Source: Actinomycetota bacterium (GTDB lineage Bacteria; Actinomycetota; UBA4738; HRBIN12). From it: 64,000 nt of DNA. The notes below the pieces were generated by a model. It was not told the DNA's origin. It worked only from the letters and a program-made list of their open reading frames with translations, and searched no databases. The DNA is taken from NCBI GenBank assembly GCA_040004125.1, contig JBDUBL010000002.1:5338-69337 (forward strand), given 5' to 3'. The position numbers and the translations under genes are program-made. Shown one piece after another: positions 9,231 to 18,234 of the stretch; positions within the stretch are counted from its first letter, which is position 1, and every line of letters begins with the position of its first letter.

Positions 9231-11317
9231 CCCTCCTCCTTCCCATCCGGAATCTCTCCCGGGATCTCTGCTTCACTCACCTGTACGACCGTACGGCGCA
9301 TCTGAGACGTACCGAAGAACCAACCAACCGGATGGGGCCCGGTCGCGGGCCTGCCGGCCGGCGTCCCCATCGCCTGCGTGATCCGGTCGATCACGACAGC
9401 GAGCAACAGGATGCAGAGACCGGCGACCAGCCCCCGACCGAAATCGTGCGAGAGCCCGTAGATCACCTGGTAGCCGAGCCCCTCGCCACCGACCAGGCCG
9501 GCGATGATCACGACGGAGAGCACCATCATGATCGTCTGGTTGACCCCGAGCATGATCGACGGTTTCGCGAGCGGGAGTTGCACCTTGCGCAAGAGCTGCC
9601 GGTCGGTGGCCCCGAAGGCAACGGCCGCCTCGACGCGATCCGACGGCACCTGACGGATACCGAGGTCGGTCATGCGGATACAGGGCGGCAGCGCATAGAC
9701 GAGGGCGGCGATCACGCCCGGCACACGGCCCACATGGAAGAGTGCGATCACCGGGACCAGATAGACGAACTGTGGAAGCGTTTGCATGGCGTCGAGGACC
9801 GGTTTGAAGGCGCGCTGCACGCGATCACTTCGCGCAGACCAGATCCCCAGCGGGATCGCGATCGCCACGCTCACGGAAACGCCGACGATTACTTGGCTGA
9901 GCGTATCCATCGCGTTGTCCCACTGACCGACCGCGCCGATCGCCGCGATGAGAAGAAAGGAGGCGACCGCCAAACTGATCCTGCGCGCGGCTGCCCAGGC
10001 GGCGATCGCGGCGCCGAGGCAGACCATCCACCAGGGCAGTCCCTGGAGGAGCTCCCGCAACGGGTTGAGCGCGTACGTGTCCGCATATGTGGTGACATGC
10101 GAGGTGATCGGCCGAATGGCGTTCACGACGGACCGATCCACCCGGTCGATCGTCGGCGCGATCTTGATCACCAGTGCGTCCGGGAACTCCTGCTGGCGAA
10201 GCACCTGTCGGCCAACGACGATCGCGCCGATCGAGATCACCACCAGAAGAAGCAGCGCCACGCGCCGGGAGATGCTCCAGCCGAAGAGGTGGATCTTGGT
10301 CTCACCCCTCGACGTTCGGCTGCGATCGCTCCATCCCAGGGTGACCCGGTCGAGCACGATCGCCAACGCAACGATGGCGAGGCCGGCGACGAGTGCGGAC
10401 CCGACGTGGAGTCCCTGCAGCGCCTCGTACACGCGAAGGCCAAGTCCTGGATAGCCCACCGTGGCGGCGATCACGATGATGCCGAGCGCCATCATGATCG
10501 TCTGGTTGACGCCGACCATGATCGTCGGCCGAGCGATCGGCAACTGCACCTTGCGAAGCAACTGCTGCTTGGTCACGCCGAAGGCGAGACCGGCTTCAAG
10601 CGCGTCCGACGGCACTTGCCGTATCCCGAGACTCGTCAGCCGGATCGCCGGCGGCAACGCGAAGATGACGGTGGCGATCATGGCCGAGGTTGCCCCGATC
10701 GAGAACAACAGCACCACGGCGACGAGATACGAGAACGCCGGAACGGTCTGCATGGCGTCGAGTACCGGGCGAAGGAGCTTCTCCACCGTCGGATGCCGTG
10801 CGGAGTAGATCCCCATCGGGATCCCGATCGCCAGCGCGACGATCACGGACAGGGCGACCAGGGCGAGGGTCTCCAGGCTGTCGGTCCACAACCCGAGGAC
10901 ACCGACCGCGAGAAACCCGACCACGGCGAGGATCCCCTTGCGCCACCCGGCGACATACGCCGAGGTGGCCCAGACGATCGCCAGAAAGCCGAGCCAGGTC
11001 AGTCGCGAGAGCGTCGCCACCAGTTGATCGACAGCCTTGTTCACCCCGTTCTTGAGCGGCACGAGCACGTGCACGAACAAAGGGTGGGTGCGTTGGTGGG
11101 CGATGACCCAGTCGCTCGCCGCGTTGAACGGCTTCGTCGCGTCCAGCGTCAGTCGCTCGGGAAACCCTCCGGGGAACACCACGAGCCCCACCACGATCGC
11201 CGCGACGATGGCTCCGATCCAGATCAGGCGACGACGCCACGGGTGCTCGGCCTGGCGGATCGTTCCTGACGTCGCGCTGAGCTCGAGGAGCGACTGGTCG
11301 TCGCGAACGACCGCCAC
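9227..11317 (-). CDS. proW: Betaine ABC transporter permease, tandem fusion of two ProW-like domains
   Basis: Two homologous halves, each with an EAA loop (EAGLAFGVTKQQLLRKVQLP and EAAVAFGATDRQLLRKVQLP) and a VLDAMQT(V/L)P motif. The GTG start directly abuts the proV TAG. Confidence 0.85.
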   Translation of the reverse strand: MAVVRDDQSLLELSATSGTIRQAEHPWRRRLIWIGAIVAAIVVGLVVFPGGFPERLTLDATKPFNAASDWVIAHQRTHPLFVHVLVPLKNGVNKAVDQLVATLSRLTWLGFLAIVWATSAYVAGWRKGILAVVGFLAVGVLGLWTDSLETLALVALSVIVALAIGIPMGIYSARHPTVEKLLRPVLDAMQTVPAFSYLVAVVLLFSIGATSAMIATVIFALPPAIRLTSLGIRQVPSDALEAGLAFGVTKQQLLRKVQLPIARPTIMVGVNQTIMMALGIIVIAATVGYPGLGLRVYEALQGLHVGSALVAGLAIVALAIVLDRVTLGWSDRSRTSRGETKIHLFGWSISRRVALLLLVVISIGAIVVGRQVLRQQEFPDALVIKIAPTIDRVDRSVVNAIRPITSHVTTYADTYALNPLRELLQGLPWWMVCLGAAIAAWAAARRISLAVASFLLIAAIGAVGQWDNAMDTLSQVIVGVSVSVAIAIPLGIWSARSDRVQRAFKPVLDAMQTLPQFVYLVPVIALFHVGRVPGVIAALVYALPPCIRMTDLGIRQVPSDRVEAAVAFGATDRQLLRKVQLPLAKPSIMLGVNQTIMMVLSVVIIAGLVGGEGLGYQVIYGLSHDFGRGLVAGLCILLLAVVIDRITQAMGTPAGRPATGPHPVGWFFGTSQMRRTVVQVSEAEIPGEIPDGKEEG

Positions 11318-12361
11318 CTACCGCACCTCGATCATGGCGGCAAGCACCGCCGTGCGATCGACGACGCCGATCTGCGCTCCCCCGTCCACCACCCGGAACG
11401 GACGATGCTCCTCGGCGACCTTCGGTAGCAACGTCTGCACGATCTCGCCGGCGTCGACATCGCCCGCGTACTCTGCATCGCCGTTCGCAGCGCGCATGAT
11501 CGTACGGACCGTCAATACATGCGCGCGCGGCACGTCGCGCGTGAAGTCCGCCACGTAGTCGTCCGCCGGATGTGCGACGACGTCCTCCGGCGTCCCCACC
11601 TGCACGAACTTGCCGTCCTTCATGATCGCGATCCGGTCGCCTAGCTTCAGCGCCTCGGCCAGATCATGGGTGATGAAGATCATGGTCTTCTGCACGTCGC
11701 GCTGCAGTCGGATCACCTCGTCCTGCATGTCGCGGCGGATCAGCGGATCCAACGCGGAGAACGGCTCGTCGAACAGCATGATCTCCGGGTCGGTCGCCAA
11801 CGCGCGTGCCAACCCCACGCGTTGTTGCATGCCTCCCGAGAGCTCATCAGGGTAAGAGTTCCCCCACCCATCAAGGCCGACCGTTTCGAGCACTTCGTTG
11901 GCCTTGGCTTCACGGGGCTCTTTCTCGACACCTCGGATCTCCAAACCGAAGGCCACGTTTTCCACGATGCGACGATGCGGCAACAAGCCGAAGTGTTGGA
12001 AGACCATCGAGATCTTCGTACGTCGCACCTCGCGCAGGCGCTCGTCGTCGAGGTGCATGATGTCCTCACCGTCCAGCAGCACCTGGCCTGCCGTCGGATC
12101 GTGGATGCGGTTCAACATCCGCACGAGGGTGGACTTGCCGGAGCCCGACAGCCCCATCACCACGAACACCTCGCCGGGCGCCACATCGAACGAGACGTCG
12201 CGCACGGCCGCGACGCAGCCGGTCTTCTCCTGGAGTTCCGCGCGCGGCAGATCGGCGTCCGGCGTGCCTACGATCTTGTTCGCGTTCGCGCCGTAGATCT
12301 TCCATACGTTGCGACACGACACCGTCGCTTGCGCTGCGTCTGCCTGCGTCACGTCGCTCAA
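11318..12361 (-). CDS. proV: Betaine ABC transporter ATP-binding protein with C-terminal CBS-like region
   Basis: Walker [10 protein letters not shown], signature LSGGMQQR, Walker B MLFDEP. The start is proposed at TTG 12361, 7 nt after GAGGGGG. GTG 12352 is an alternative. Confidence 0.85.
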   Translation of the reverse strand: MSDVTQADAAQATVSCRNVWKIYGANANKIVGTPDADLPRAELQEKTGCVAAVRDVSFDVAPGEVFVVMGLSGSGKSTLVRMLNRIHDPTAGQVLLDGEDIMHLDDERLREVRRTKISMVFQHFGLLPHRRIVENVAFGLEIRGVEKEPREAKANEVLETVGLDGWGNSYPDELSGGMQQRVGLARALATDPEIMLFDEPFSALDPLIRRDMQDEVIRLQRDVQKTMIFITHDLAEALKLGDRIAIMKDGKFVQVGTPEDVVAHPADDYVADFTRDVPRAHVLTVRTIMRAANGDAEYAGDVDAGEIVQTLLPKVAEEHRPFRVVDGGAQIGVVDRTAVLAAMIEVR

Positions 12362-12508
12362 CTCTGAGCCCCCTCGCGTTCGAGCCGACCGCCGGATGGT
12401 GGGCCACCGGCGCGAAGAGCGCAACACGGCGGTTGCCGCCTCGACAACACGAGGCGCGCAGGGCGCGCCCGCGCCGTGTCAGACTCCCGCCGAGCGACGG
12501 GAGGGCAG

Positions 12509-14173
12509 ATGACCGAAACGTATGACTTCGTGATCATCGGCGGCGGCTCCGCGGGCAGCGCGATGGGCAATCGCCTGTCCGCCGACCGCGGCAACCGCGT
12601 CCTCGTCTTGGAGGCCGGCCGTTCCGACTACCCGTGGGACGTGTTCATCCACATGCCTGCGGCGCTTGCCTTCCCGATCGGCAGCCGGTTCTATGACTGG
12701 AAGTACGAATCCGAGCCCGAGGCCCATATGAACGGGCGCAGGGTTTACCACGCGCGCGGCAAGGTGCTCGGCGGTTCCAGTTCGATCAACGGCATGATCT
12801 TCCAGCGCGGCAACCCTTTGGACTACGAACGCTGGGCCGCCGACCCCGGCATGGAAACGTGGGACTACGCGCACTGCCTCCCCTATTTCAAGCGGATGGA
12901 GACGTGTCTGGCCGCCGAGCCCGACGACCCGTTCCGCGGGCACTCGGGGCCACTCGTTCTCGAACGGGGCCCGGCGACCAACCCGTTGTTCGGCGCGTTC
13001 TTCAAGGCGGTCCAGGAGGCCGGTTATCCCCTCACCGACGATGTGAACGGCTACCGCCAGGAGGGGTTCGCGCCGTTCGATCGCAACGTGCATGACGGCA
13101 AACGCTTGTCGGCGGCGCGCGCCTACCTGCACCCCGTGATGCACCGCCAGAACCTCGAGGTGCACACGCGCGCGTTCGTCACGAGGATCCTGTTCGAAGG
13201 CACCCGCGCGGTGGCGGTCGAATACACGCGTGGGCGCTCGACACATCGCGTGCGCGCCGGCGAGGTCGTGCTGTGCGGTGGCGCGATCAACTCGCCCCAG
13301 ACCTTGATGCTCTCGGGCGTCGGGCCGGCCGAGCATCTGCAGGAGCACGGCATCGCGCCCGTCGCCGACGTGCCCGGCGTGGGGGAGAACCTCCAGGACC
13401 ACCTGGAGGTCTATATCCAATACAAGAGTCTGCAGCCGGTCTCGGTCGCGCCCTACATGAAGATGTGGCGCCGCCCGTTCGTCGGCGCCCAGTGGCTGTT
13501 CTTCAAGAAAGGCCCCGGCGCGACCAACCACTTCGAAGCAGGCGGGTTCGCTCGCAGCAACGGCGACGTCGCCTACCCAAACCTGATGTTCCATTTCCTG
13601 CCGATCGCGATCCGCTACGACGGTTCGGCACCGGAAGGCGGCCACGGGTACCAGGTCCACATCGGGCCGATGTACTCCGATGCGCGAGGCACGATCCGCC
13701 TCACGAGCGCCGACCCGGCGGTGCACCCGGCGCTGCGGTTCAACTACGTGTCGACCGACCAGGACCGCCGCGAGTGGGTCGAGGCGATCCGCGTCGCGCG
13801 CGACATCTTGGGCCAGCCTGCGATGGGACCGTTCAACGGCGGCGAGATCTCACCGGGGCCGGGCGTCGCAACCGACGAGCAGATCCTCGACTGGGTCGCG
13901 CGCGACGGCGAGACCGCCCTGCACCCGTCGTGCACGACCAAGATGGGCGACGCCACCGACCCGCTGTCGGTGATCGATCCGCTCACGATGCAGGTGCACG
14001 GCACCGAGGGTCTGCGGGTGGTCGACGCCGGCGTCTTTCCCTACGTCACGAACGGCAACATCTACGCGCCGGTGATGATGGTCGCCGAGAAGGCCGCCGA
14101 CCTGATCCTCGGCAACACGCCGTTGGAGCCCGAGAAGGTCGAGTTCTACCGCCACGGCGTGAGCGAGCGTTAA
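12509..14173 (+). CDS. betA: Choline dehydrogenase (GMC oxidoreductase)
   Basis: [16 protein letters not shown] fold, [13 protein letters not shown], and C-terminal [12 protein letters not shown] signature. ATG 12509 is preceded by GGGAGGG. Confidence 0.85.
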   Translation: MTETYDFVIIGGGSAGSAMGNRLSADRGNRVLVLEAGRSDYPWDVFIHMPAALAFPIGSRFYDWKYESEPEAHMNGRRVYHARGKVLGGSSSINGMIFQRGNPLDYERWAADPGMETWDYAHCLPYFKRMETCLAAEPDDPFRGHSGPLVLERGPATNPLFGAFFKAVQEAGYPLTDDVNGYRQEGFAPFDRNVHDGKRLSAARAYLHPVMHRQNLEVHTRAFVTRILFEGTRAVAVEYTRGRSTHRVRAGEVVLCGGAINSPQTLMLSGVGPAEHLQEHGIAPVADVPGVGENLQDHLEVYIQYKSLQPVSVAPYMKMWRRPFVGAQWLFFKKGPGATNHFEAGGFARSNGDVAYPNLMFHFLPIAIRYDGSAPEGGHGYQVHIGPMYSDARGTIRLTSADPAVHPALRFNYVSTDQDRREWVEAIRVARDILGQPAMGPFNGGEISPGPGVATDEQILDWVARDGETALHPSCTTKMGDATDPLSVIDPLTMQVHGTEGLRVVDAGVFPYVTNGNIYAPVMMVAEKAADLILGNTPLEPEKVEFYRHGVSER

Positions 14174-15030
14174 GAACCGAGACCGAGCATGAGCAGACCC
14201 AGGACGACGAAGCCGATCCCGACGTACTGGTTGGTCGCGAGCCGTTCGTGCAACGTGACGTGCGACAGCAACACCGCGATCAGCGGGAACACCGCGCTCG
14301 CCGCCAGGACGATCGACAGCGAGCCGGCCTCCGCACCGGCGGAGTAGCTCGCGACCCCGAGTACGTCGGTCGCCCCGGCGACCAACGCGAAGGAGACGCC
14401 GAGCAGGGTCGCCGTGCGCAGCCGTGAGAACTCGCCTCGGCGCGCGACGGCCAGCGGCACGAACGCCAACACCATCGCCCACCGGGACGCGAACGTGGCG
14501 ACCTGCCAGAGGCCCGTCTTCTGCGAAACGACACCGAGGGTGAACCCGGCAACGCCGAACCCGACTGCCGAAGCGACGGCCCACCAGAGGCCGGGCGGAT
14601 GCCGCCGCAGGCCTGCGCGCATGGCCGTGAGATCCGTCGACACGAGCACGGCGCCGACGATCGAACAGCCGATGCCGACGAACGCCAACGGGCTCGGGCG
14701 CTCGCCGAGCACGGCGATCGCCAGCAACACGCCCACGACCGCATAGCCCGCGCCGATCGGTGAGACCACCGACACCGGCCCCAGCTCCAACGCGTGGTAG
14801 TGCAGCGCGTACGCCGACATCGCGACGATCCCGTTGATCGCCACCAGCCACCACCACCCGCCGAGCGACGAGAGGCCGTAGCCCGACACGAGGAAGATGA
14901 CCGTGATCGCGACGATCGCCAGCATCTGCCCGATGAGCACCGCCATGAGCGACCCGAGCCGCCTGCTCGCCAGGTGGGCGAAGAAGTCCGCGAGGCCCCA
15001 GCCGAGCGCCGCGAACAGCCCGTAGATCAC
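14170..15030 (-). CDS. EamA/DMT-family transporter
   Basis: A 286-aa polytopic membrane protein with two EamA-like halves. GTG 15030 sits in a GTGA overlap with the upstream stop. The track ORF extension to 15936 is non-coding-like. Confidence 0.75.
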   Translation of the reverse strand: MIYGLFAALGWGLADFFAHLASRRLGSLMAVLIGQMLAIVAITVIFLVSGYGLSSLGGWWWLVAINGIVAMSAYALHYHALELGPVSVVSPIGAGYAVVGVLLAIAVLGERPSPLAFVGIGCSIVGAVLVSTDLTAMRAGLRRHPPGLWWAVASAVGFGVAGFTLGVVSQKTGLWQVATFASRWAMVLAFVPLAVARRGEFSRLRTATLLGVSFALVAGATDVLGVASYSAGAEAGSLSIVLAASAVFPLIAVLLSHVTLHERLATNQYVGIGFVVLGLLMLGLGS

Positions 15031-17132
15031 GCGGGAGGCTTGGCTTCGGCCAGCGCGTCGACGGCGACCGCGCCGCGCGGTCCCACCAGCAGTGGATTGG
15101 CCTCCAACGAGGTGATCCGATCGCGCAGGTCGTGGGTCGCCCGGGCGATCGCCTCGACGGCCTTGGCCACCGCGCCGAGGTCGTGCTCGTCGGCGTTGAG
15201 GCCGCAACGCTCCGCCTGCGAATCCACGTACGCGCGGGCCTGCTTGGCGCTCAGCGGCGCCGCCACGAACGTCGCCTCGCCGGCCTCGGCCAGCGCGCCG
15301 CCGGGGCGGATCGTGATCGTCGCGCCGAACTGTTCGTCGACGATCGCACCAACCAGCACCTCGTGGCCGTGCACCATCTCCTGGACCAACACCTTGGGTG
15401 ACTTCGCGCCACCTCGTCGGGCTGCGGCCAGCACGTCGGCCGCCGCCGCCTCGACCTCGCCGGTGCCGCGCAGGCCCAACCGGACACCGCCAAGACGGGC
15501 CTTGTGTGGGATCTCGGGCGCGAGAGCCTTGATCGCCACCGGCCCCCGGATCTTTGCCGCGGCCGCGGCGGCCTGCGCCGGCGTCGCGACCACCGCTTCC
15601 TTCGGCCGCCGCACGCCGTACAGCTCGAGCAGCGCGGCGCCCGTCGCCTCGTCCACCGGCCCCGAGGCCCCGCGCAACACCCGCATCGCCTTCGCGCGGT
15701 TCGCATGCGGTGGCAGCGTCGGCACCGCACGCTGCCGCACACCCTGGAACTCGAGCAGCGCGCGGATCGCGTTGGCCGACGCTCGATGCCCCTGCAGGAA
15801 CGGCAGCTGCTTCCACCTCTTCGTGAAAGCTTTGGCCTCGCCGGTGTAGGCCAGCGGGCTCATGCACAACGAGAGGAACGCAACGCCCGTGGAGCGCTGC
15901 AGCTCGATCGCCTTGGACAGCACCGGGTCCGACCACGGGCTCTCCCCGGGCAGCCGTGGCGGGAACGCGTCGAACGCCACCAGGCCGATGCCGGGATCCT
16001 TGGCGAGCGCAGCCAGCGCGTCGACGAACATGCCGGTCTCGACCGCCGCCTGGCCGGTCACGTCCAGCGGGTTATTCTGCGACGCGAACGATGGCAACGC
16101 CTTCTTCAGCGCTGTCTTCGTCGCACGCGCGAACTCGGGCAACGGCAGATCGGCCGCGCCCGCAGACTCGGCGAACAGCGTGCACGCTCCACCGGACTGC
16201 AGCGCCGCGGTCACCCCATCGGTGCGGAGCTTCTTCACGTGCGACAGCAACACGGCGGCCTCGAACATCGTGACCGGGTCCTCGACGAGCACGACGCCGT
16301 GACCACGCAACCAGGCGTCGCGCAGGCCCGTGTTGCCGGCCAGCGCCCCGGTGTGCGCGATGATCGAGCGCAACGCCGCCTCGGACTTGCCCTCGGGCGC
16401 GCAGATGAGGACCGGCTTGCGCGCGGCGCGCAGCGCGTCGAGTCCGGCGCCGATCCCCTCGACATCCCGCATCGTCTCGATGTAGCTGGTCACGACGGTT
16501 GTCCTGTCATCCGCTGCGGCCCAGGAGAACAGATCGCCGAGCCCCAGGACCGCCTCGTTCCCGACACCGAGGATGACGCGCAGTCCGACCGCACGGTCCG
16601 ACGCCATCTGGCTCATCGTCCAGGCGACCGTGCCCGACTGCGAGATCACGCTGATACCGCCTTTGTGCGGGTCGGCAGGAGGCGTCGTGCCGTACGGTGC
16701 TACTTGGTCAACATAGTTGACGAACCCCTCGACGTTCGGGCCGAGCACCGGGATCTTGTGCCGCAGCGCGGCGTCGCGCAGCTGCGCCTGCAGCTCGCGC
16801 CCTTCCTCGCCGGCCTCGGCGAATCCGGATGACACGACCATGATCCCGCGCACGCCGCGCGCGCCGCAGTCATCGATCATCCGTACCACGACGCGCGCCG
16901 GTACCACGAACACGACCAGATCGACACCGCGGGGCAACTCCGTGATCGAGGACAGGCACGGTCGCCCCCAGACCGTGTCGTACTTCGGGTTGATCGGGTA
17001 TAGCTCGCCCGTGTAGCCGAGGTGGCGCAGCGACCGTTCGATCTCGGGCGCCCACGAGTCCGGCGACTCCGAGGCGCCCACGATCGCGATCGACCGCGGT
17101 GCCAGCAGCGGTTGCAGGTTCCAGCGGGTCAC
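15027..17132 (-). CDS. Acyl-CoA synthetase, ADP(NDP)-forming family (CoA-binding + succinyl-CoA-synthetase-like + ATP-grasp domains)
   Basis: N-terminal PRSIAIVGASE CoA-binding motif, phosphohistidine-loop-like IIAHTGALAGN, and a C-terminal ATP-grasp region. GTG start in a GTGA overlap with the crotonase stop. Confidence 0.8.
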   Translation of the reverse strand: MTRWNLQPLLAPRSIAIVGASESPDSWAPEIERSLRHLGYTGELYPINPKYDTVWGRPCLSSITELPRGVDLVVFVVPARVVVRMIDDCGARGVRGIMVVSSGFAEAGEEGRELQAQLRDAALRHKIPVLGPNVEGFVNYVDQVAPYGTTPPADPHKGGISVISQSGTVAWTMSQMASDRAVGLRVILGVGNEAVLGLGDLFSWAAADDRTTVVTSYIETMRDVEGIGAGLDALRAARKPVLICAPEGKSEAALRSIIAHTGALAGNTGLRDAWLRGHGVVLVEDPVTMFEAAVLLSHVKKLRTDGVTAALQSGGACTLFAESAGAADLPLPEFARATKTALKKALPSFASQNNPLDVTGQAAVETGMFVDALAALAKDPGIGLVAFDAFPPRLPGESPWSDPVLSKAIELQRSTGVAFLSLCMSPLAYTGEAKAFTKRWKQLPFLQGHRASANAIRALLEFQGVRQRAVPTLPPHANRAKAMRVLRGASGPVDEATGAALLELYGVRRPKEAVVATPAQAAAAAAKIRGPVAIKALAPEIPHKARLGGVRLGLRGTGEVEAAAADVLAAARRGGAKSPKVLVQEMVHGHEVLVGAIVDEQFGATITIRPGGALAEAGEATFVAAPLSAKQARAYVDSQAERCGLNADEHDLGAVAKAVEAIARATHDLRDRITSLEANPLLVGPRGAVAVDALAEAKPPA

Positions 17133-17968
17133 GCGGAGTCACCGTCACCGCGAAACTTCGCGTCCCGCCACGCGACCGCCGCCTTGAGACCATCCTCGCC
17201 CGTGATGCGGCGAAACTCGTCGCGGGTAGGCAGGTTCGCCGTCTCGATCATCACGTCGAGCTCGGTGTTGGCGGCCATCGCGGCGCGGAACCCGGCGACA
17301 TCCCACGCCCGGTTGAGCGCTCGCTTGGTCGTCTGGATCACGAACGTCTCGTTCTTCGCGATCTCTTGGGCCAGTGCGAGCGTGGCGTCGTCCAGCGCAT
17401 CGCGTGGCACGACCCTGGTGACCATGCCGATCCGCAGCGCGTCGGTGGCCGAGATCCGGTCCTCGCCGGTGAACAGGAGCTCCTTGGCGGTGCGCACCCC
17501 CACGACCCACGGCAAGAACATCGACACCACGCCCGAGCCGAACCGGATATCGACGTAGCCGAACCTCGCGTCGTCGGCCGCGACCGCAAGGTCGCACGCG
17601 AGCATCAGGTCGGTGCCGCCGGCCAGACAGTAGGACTGCACCGAGGCGATCACCGGCTTGGGGCAATCGAGGATCTCGAGCATCCTGGCGGTGCCGGCGG
17701 CCAGGCTCTCGTGCCAGGCGCGCGCATCGAGCTCGCCCTCATCGGCGTCCTCCGTCAGGTCGTAGCCCGAGCAGAATGCCCGGCCCGCCGCGCGAAGGAT
17801 CACGACCGAGACGCCGTCGTCGGTCCCGGCCTCGAGGATCGCCGCCGAGATCGCCTCGGAGAGTGCGTGGTTCAGGGCGTTCAGAGCTTTGGGTCGGTTC
17901 ATCGTCAGACGCCGGACAGGGCCGATGTCCTCGACGAGCAGGACTTGCTCGGCGGTTGCGTCGCTCAC
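17129..17968 (-). CDS. Enoyl-CoA hydratase/isomerase (crotonase) family protein
   Basis: RPKALNAL, FCSGYDL and YCLAGGTDL crotonase motifs. GTG 17968 is preceded by GAGGAAGAGGGA. Confidence 0.8.
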   Translation of the reverse strand: MSDATAEQVLLVEDIGPVRRLTMNRPKALNALNHALSEAISAAILEAGTDDGVSVVILRAAGRAFCSGYDLTEDADEGELDARAWHESLAAGTARMLEILDCPKPVIASVQSYCLAGGTDLMLACDLAVAADDARFGYVDIRFGSGVVSMFLPWVVGVRTAKELLFTGEDRISATDALRIGMVTRVVPRDALDDATLALAQEIAKNETFVIQTTKRALNRAWDVAGFRAAMAANTELDVMIETANLPTRDEFRRITGEDGLKAAVAWRDAKFRGDGDSA

Positions 17969-18234
17969 GGGTATCCCTCTTCCTCGGTGACTCGCCGCAG
18001 GCGAGGCAGTGGATGCTAGCAACGGGCGACAGGGGGCAAAACGAAGGAGACGCAGGCTTCGAATCCGGCGCCGCTCGTCGTGCGTACTACCGGTTAGGTG
18101 TGACCGAAAGGTCTAGCCACATCGGAGGATGCGGCGCAAACCTTGCATAGTGCGGTCGACCTATGGTACTCACCGCCATCGGCGTTTGAATCGGGGGTCA
18201 GGAGACGGCCACCCGACCGGCACAGGAGGGGTAG

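Noticed and set aside
12362-12508. Cobalamin riboswitch upstream of the proV / corrinoid cluster, and also at 8080-8210.
   Set aside because: I could find no B12-box-like element (AGYCMGGAGACCKGCC-type) or GCCACTG motif on the relevant strand. The regions are short and dominated by simple GC hairpins.
18030-18070. tRNA gene or glycine riboswitch, suggested by GGGGCAAAACGAAGGAG and GGCTTCGAATCC.
   Set aside because: No acceptor, D or anticodon arms can be drawn around the T-arm-like motif on either strand. The glycine-riboswitch core (GGAGAG ... ACCGAAGGGGCAA ... CTCAGGCAAAAGGAC) is absent. I kept it only as a low-interest item for a covariance-model scan.
18181-18234. Guanidine-III-like riboswitch (GGTCAGGAGACGGCC resembles GGUCAGGACAAGACGGCGC) upstream of the binding-protein gene.
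   Set aside because: The 5' half of the motif (CCGGACGAGG...) and the pseudoknot partners are missing. The downstream gene is also not of the SugE/EmrE type usually controlled by that class.
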